Source: Thermaerobacter marianensis
GTDB lineage: Bacteria; Bacillota; Sulfobacillia; DYIH01; DYIG01
Assembly (NCBI GenBank): GCA_020723725.1
Contig: DYIG01000001.1
Coordinates: 1-36,264 of the forward strand
Direction: 5' to 3'
Length of the DNA stretch: 36,264 nt
Part shown: positions 34,427-36,264 of the stretch, piece by piece
Layout: each line of letters starts with the position of its first letter
Position numbering within the stretch: the stretch's first letter is position 1
Notes under the pieces: model-generated
The model's database searches: none
The model's input: only the letters and a program-made list of their open reading frames with translations
What the model was told of the DNA's origin: nothing
Made by a program: the position numbers and the translations under genes

Positions 34427-35503
34427 TTACTTTAGGCTGGCCAGATAGGCCGAAAGCCCGCGAATATCATCTGGTGATAAAGGAAGAAACGGCATGGCCG
34501 GGAATTTGACAAAATAGTCCACAAAAAAGGTTTCCAGCCATTCACGGGTCCTTTTCTGGCCTTCGGCAGTAAGCTCAGGCCCGTTTGTCCCGCCAACATT
34601 TCCAATCTTATGACAACTCTCACAGTTGAAACGATCATAAGCGTTTTTGCCAGTCTCTATCAATTGAGCATCCGATTGCTGCAGGGTCTGATTTCCAAAC
34701 CACTCTTTCTCCTGCCCGGGGTTGCCGCCCCTCCCGGCAAGGAAACGAGCAACATCATAAATCTCCTGATCCGTGAGGTTTTGCGGAGGCATGAACTTTT
34801 TCCCAACGTTAACAGGGTCACGGAGGAGCTGAATAAACCAGGACATGGTGTATTTCCCTATGGCTTTATCAATGTTATCCGTGCTCCCGAAACCAAAACC
34901 CTTATAACGGTGACAGGAAAGGCATTTGTCATTGACGATCTTCTCACCCGGAAGCATCTCAGCCTGAGGCTTCTCCGGGGGCATTTTTGGGGCTGAATCC
35001 GTCGGCTTATCGGCTGAATCACTGGCCTTATCGGATTTGGAGGTTGCGACTTTATCCCCTGACTTGCCATCTGTCTTCGTTTGGGACGGCTTATCTGACG
35101 GGTTGGTTTTGTCGTTAGAAGCGGCTGGCTTGGGTTTTGCGGTCCCCTGGGCTGATATGGCCTCAGGGGTCTTAGGGGTTAGACTCCAAACCGTCAGGAC
35201 AGTGCCCAAGCAGACGACAGAGACGAAACCCACCATTACCCAGGCGCCTATGCGTTTACGGGCATCCGAAAGCCAGTTCGTTTTTTTGATAATAAATACA
35301 AGGGCAACTACCAGGACAATTGAAACAGCCACTGTAATGGCTTCCCACAGCCAGAGAAAACTCCAAGCGCCGGGACCGGCGGGGTAATACAACACCATGG
35401 CTGGCGCCCCTACGGCCACCAGAACCCCACCCAATACAATCAGAATTGCTAAAGGCAGGGGAATACGGCTAGTTTCTTGACCTGACCTGCCCCCTCCGTA
35501 CAA
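34427..35503 (-). CDS. membrane-anchored dihaem cytochrome c (two class-I-like domains) on a long low-complexity tether
   Basis: 358 aa with a TTG start 6 nt after GGAGGGGGAG. It has three N-terminal hydrophobic helices. A linker of about 70 aa rich in K/S/D/P/T follows (..AKPKPAASNDKTNPSDKPSQTKTDGKSGDKVATSKSDKASDSADKPTDSAPKMPPEKPQ). There are two CxxCH (CLSCH, CESCH), each followed by a candidate Met ligand (FMPPQ; FPAMPF). Confidence 0.8.
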   Translation of the reverse strand: MYGGGRSGQETSRIPLPLAILIVLGGVLVAVGAPAMVLYYPAGPGAWSFLWLWEAITVAVSIVLVVALVFIIKKTNWLSDARKRIGAWVMVGFVSVVCLGTVLTVWSLTPKTPEAISAQGTAKPKPAASNDKTNPSDKPSQTKTDGKSGDKVATSKSDKASDSADKPTDSAPKMPPEKPQAEMLPGEKIVNDKCLSCHRYKGFGFGSTDNIDKAIGKYTMSWFIQLLRDPVNVGKKFMPPQNLTDQEIYDVARFLAGRGGNPGQEKEWFGNQTLQQSDAQLIETGKNAYDRFNCESCHKIGNVGGTNGPELTAEGQKRTREWLETFFVDYFVKFPAMPFLPLSPDDIRGLSAYLASLK

Positions 35504-35553
35504 TTACAGCTCCCCCTCCAACAAATAACCCCCCATTTACAGGGAGGCTTACT

Positions 35554-35775
35554 CTAATGGACAGATAACAGTTGCCAGAGCAGGAATGCGGCGCCAAAGA
35601 CAACGCCAGACAAACCGCCAACGGCCATGGCTACCCCGCTAAGGGTGAGATCCTGCCCGGCCGCCCCTTTTCTCTGGACAGAAAGCACAAGTGCTATGAA
35701 GGCACTTGCCAGGACGATTAGCACGATGAGCATAGTCGACAAGATAAATGTCACCTTAACCCAAGTTTTAAGCAC
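35554..35775 (-). CDS. small two-helix membrane protein, unknown function
   Basis: 73-aa ORF with a GTG start and no convincing SD. It has two hydrophobic segments (VTFILSTMLIVLIVLASAFIALVL; VAMAVGGLSGVVFGAAFLLWQLL). It would be the first ORF after the predicted promoter. Confidence 0.4.
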   Translation of the reverse strand: MLKTWVKVTFILSTMLIVLIVLASAFIALVLSVQRKGAAGQDLTLSGVAMAVGGLSGVVFGAAFLLWQLLSVH

Positions 35776-35825
35776 TCAATAAAGAACTAAAATACCTTCT
35801 GGCAATATAGAACTATTATAAGTCA

Positions 35826-35854
35826 ATTCTACTTATGATCGGATAGTTTGCCAA
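35826..35854 (-). promoter_or_regulatory. sigma-A-type promoter candidate for the membrane-proximal cytochrome operon
   Basis: The minus strand reads TTGGCA (35854-35849) - 17 nt - TAGAAT (35831-35826), within an AT-rich divergent intergenic region. Confidence 0.5.
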
Positions 35855-36043
35855 TAAGTTTAATTAAGGCTTATAGCCTATCACCCTAAATTCTTTAATG
35901 CAAAAATAATTTTTCTGAAATTTTCCTGCAAAGATAAAAAGGATTTTAAAGAAGGATGTAGAATGTGGTTTCCTTGTTGGGAAAAGGGTTAAAACCCTGT
36001 CCCATTTAACACTCCAAATGGGGTGGAGAGGGGGTGCACGATA

Positions 36044-36264
36044 GTGAAGAATAGGAAGCTTTTGCTCCTAGCCATGTCCGCGCTCATGAGCTTGGCTCTG
36101 GTGGCTGCTGGTTGCGGTCAGAAGAAGGCTGAGGCTCCGGCTCCGGCTGAAGACAAGGCTGCTGCTGACACCGCGGCTCCGGCTGAAGACAAGGCTGCTG
36201 CTGACACCGCGGCTCCGGCTGAAGACAAGGCTGCTGCTGACACCGCGGCTCCGGCTGAAGACAA
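36044..36264 (+). CDS. lipoprotein with tandem 12-aa repeats (N-terminal fragment, continues beyond the right edge)
   Basis: Absent from the ORF track because it runs off the edge. GTG 36044 lies about 10 nt after GGAGAGGGGG. Manual translation gives (M)KNRKLLLLAMSALMSLALVAAGCGQKKAEAPAPAEDKAAADTAAPAEDKAAADTAAPAEDKAAADTAAPAEDK... It has a lipobox (LVAAGC). Confidence 0.7.
   Translation, partial: MKNRKLLLLAMSALMSLALVAAGCGQKKAEAPAPAEDKAAADTAAPAEDKAAADTAAPAEDKAAADTAAPAED
36140..36264 (+). repeat. perfect 36-bp tandem repeat, 3 full copies plus 17 nt, in-frame within the lipoprotein gene
   Basis: The unit gctccggctgaagacaaggctgctgctgacaccgcg occurs at 36140-36175, 36176-36211 and 36212-36247, with a partial copy at 36248-36264. 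The copies are identical at every position. Confidence 0.95.

Noticed and set aside
6226-35775. The island as a mobile element or genomic island with integrase or transposase.
   Set aside because: No recombinase-like ORF, tRNA target, inverted terminal repeats or flanking direct repeats are visible. Only the compositional heterogeneity hints at foreign origin.
36140-36264. The 36-bp perfect repeats as a possible CRISPR array.
   Set aside because: The repeats are contiguous with no spacers. They are in frame with a lipoprotein signal peptide and encode a sensible AEDKAAADTAAP unit, so this is a coding tandem repeat.

Overview
The window looks like a Firmicutes/Clostridia-type chromosome, judged from GGAGG Shine-Dalgarno sites, frequent GTG/TTG starts, PrsA-type lipoproteins and rbfA-nrnA synteny. 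The taxon cannot be verified without a search. All but two genes are on the minus strand.

(1) 1-6.1 kb holds the housekeeping operon rimP-nusA-ylxR-infB-rbfA-nrnA, with nrnA cut by the left edge.

(2) 6.2-35.8 kb is a ~30-kb island devoted to c-type multihaem cytochromes. It has ten cytochrome genes carrying 79 canonical CxxCH motifs by my own count. They comprise:
- five paralogous secreted hexahaem proteins (Hex-A..E, 486-750 aa);
- a 9(+1)-haem and a 15(+1)-haem protein that share the family's N-terminal dihaem module;
- membrane-anchored 11- and 12-haem proteins;
- a membrane-anchored dihaem class-I-like cytochrome.
Interleaved with these are three paralogous pairs of membrane-anchored TPR and NHL beta-propeller proteins, two parvulin (PrsA/SurA-like) PPIase lipoproteins, a fourth TPR protein, an orphan lipoprotein, a small membrane protein and a GGDEF diguanylate cyclase.

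(3) From 36.0 kb to the end is the start of a plus-strand lipoprotein gene with perfect 36-bp tandem repeats.

Main hunt result: a cassette reiterated three times, 'promoter - hexahaem cytochrome - strong intrinsic terminator - TPR - NHL (- PPIase)'. A membrane-proximal multihaem module lies at the right end of the island. Together they read like a major-subunit-plus-assembly-factor system for building a cell-envelope-spanning or polymeric cytochrome conduit (extracellular electron transfer) in a monoderm-type cell.

No rRNA, tRNA, CRISPR array, transposase or integrase was seen. All domain calls come from motif reading by eye. No HMM, BLAST or structure search could be run.
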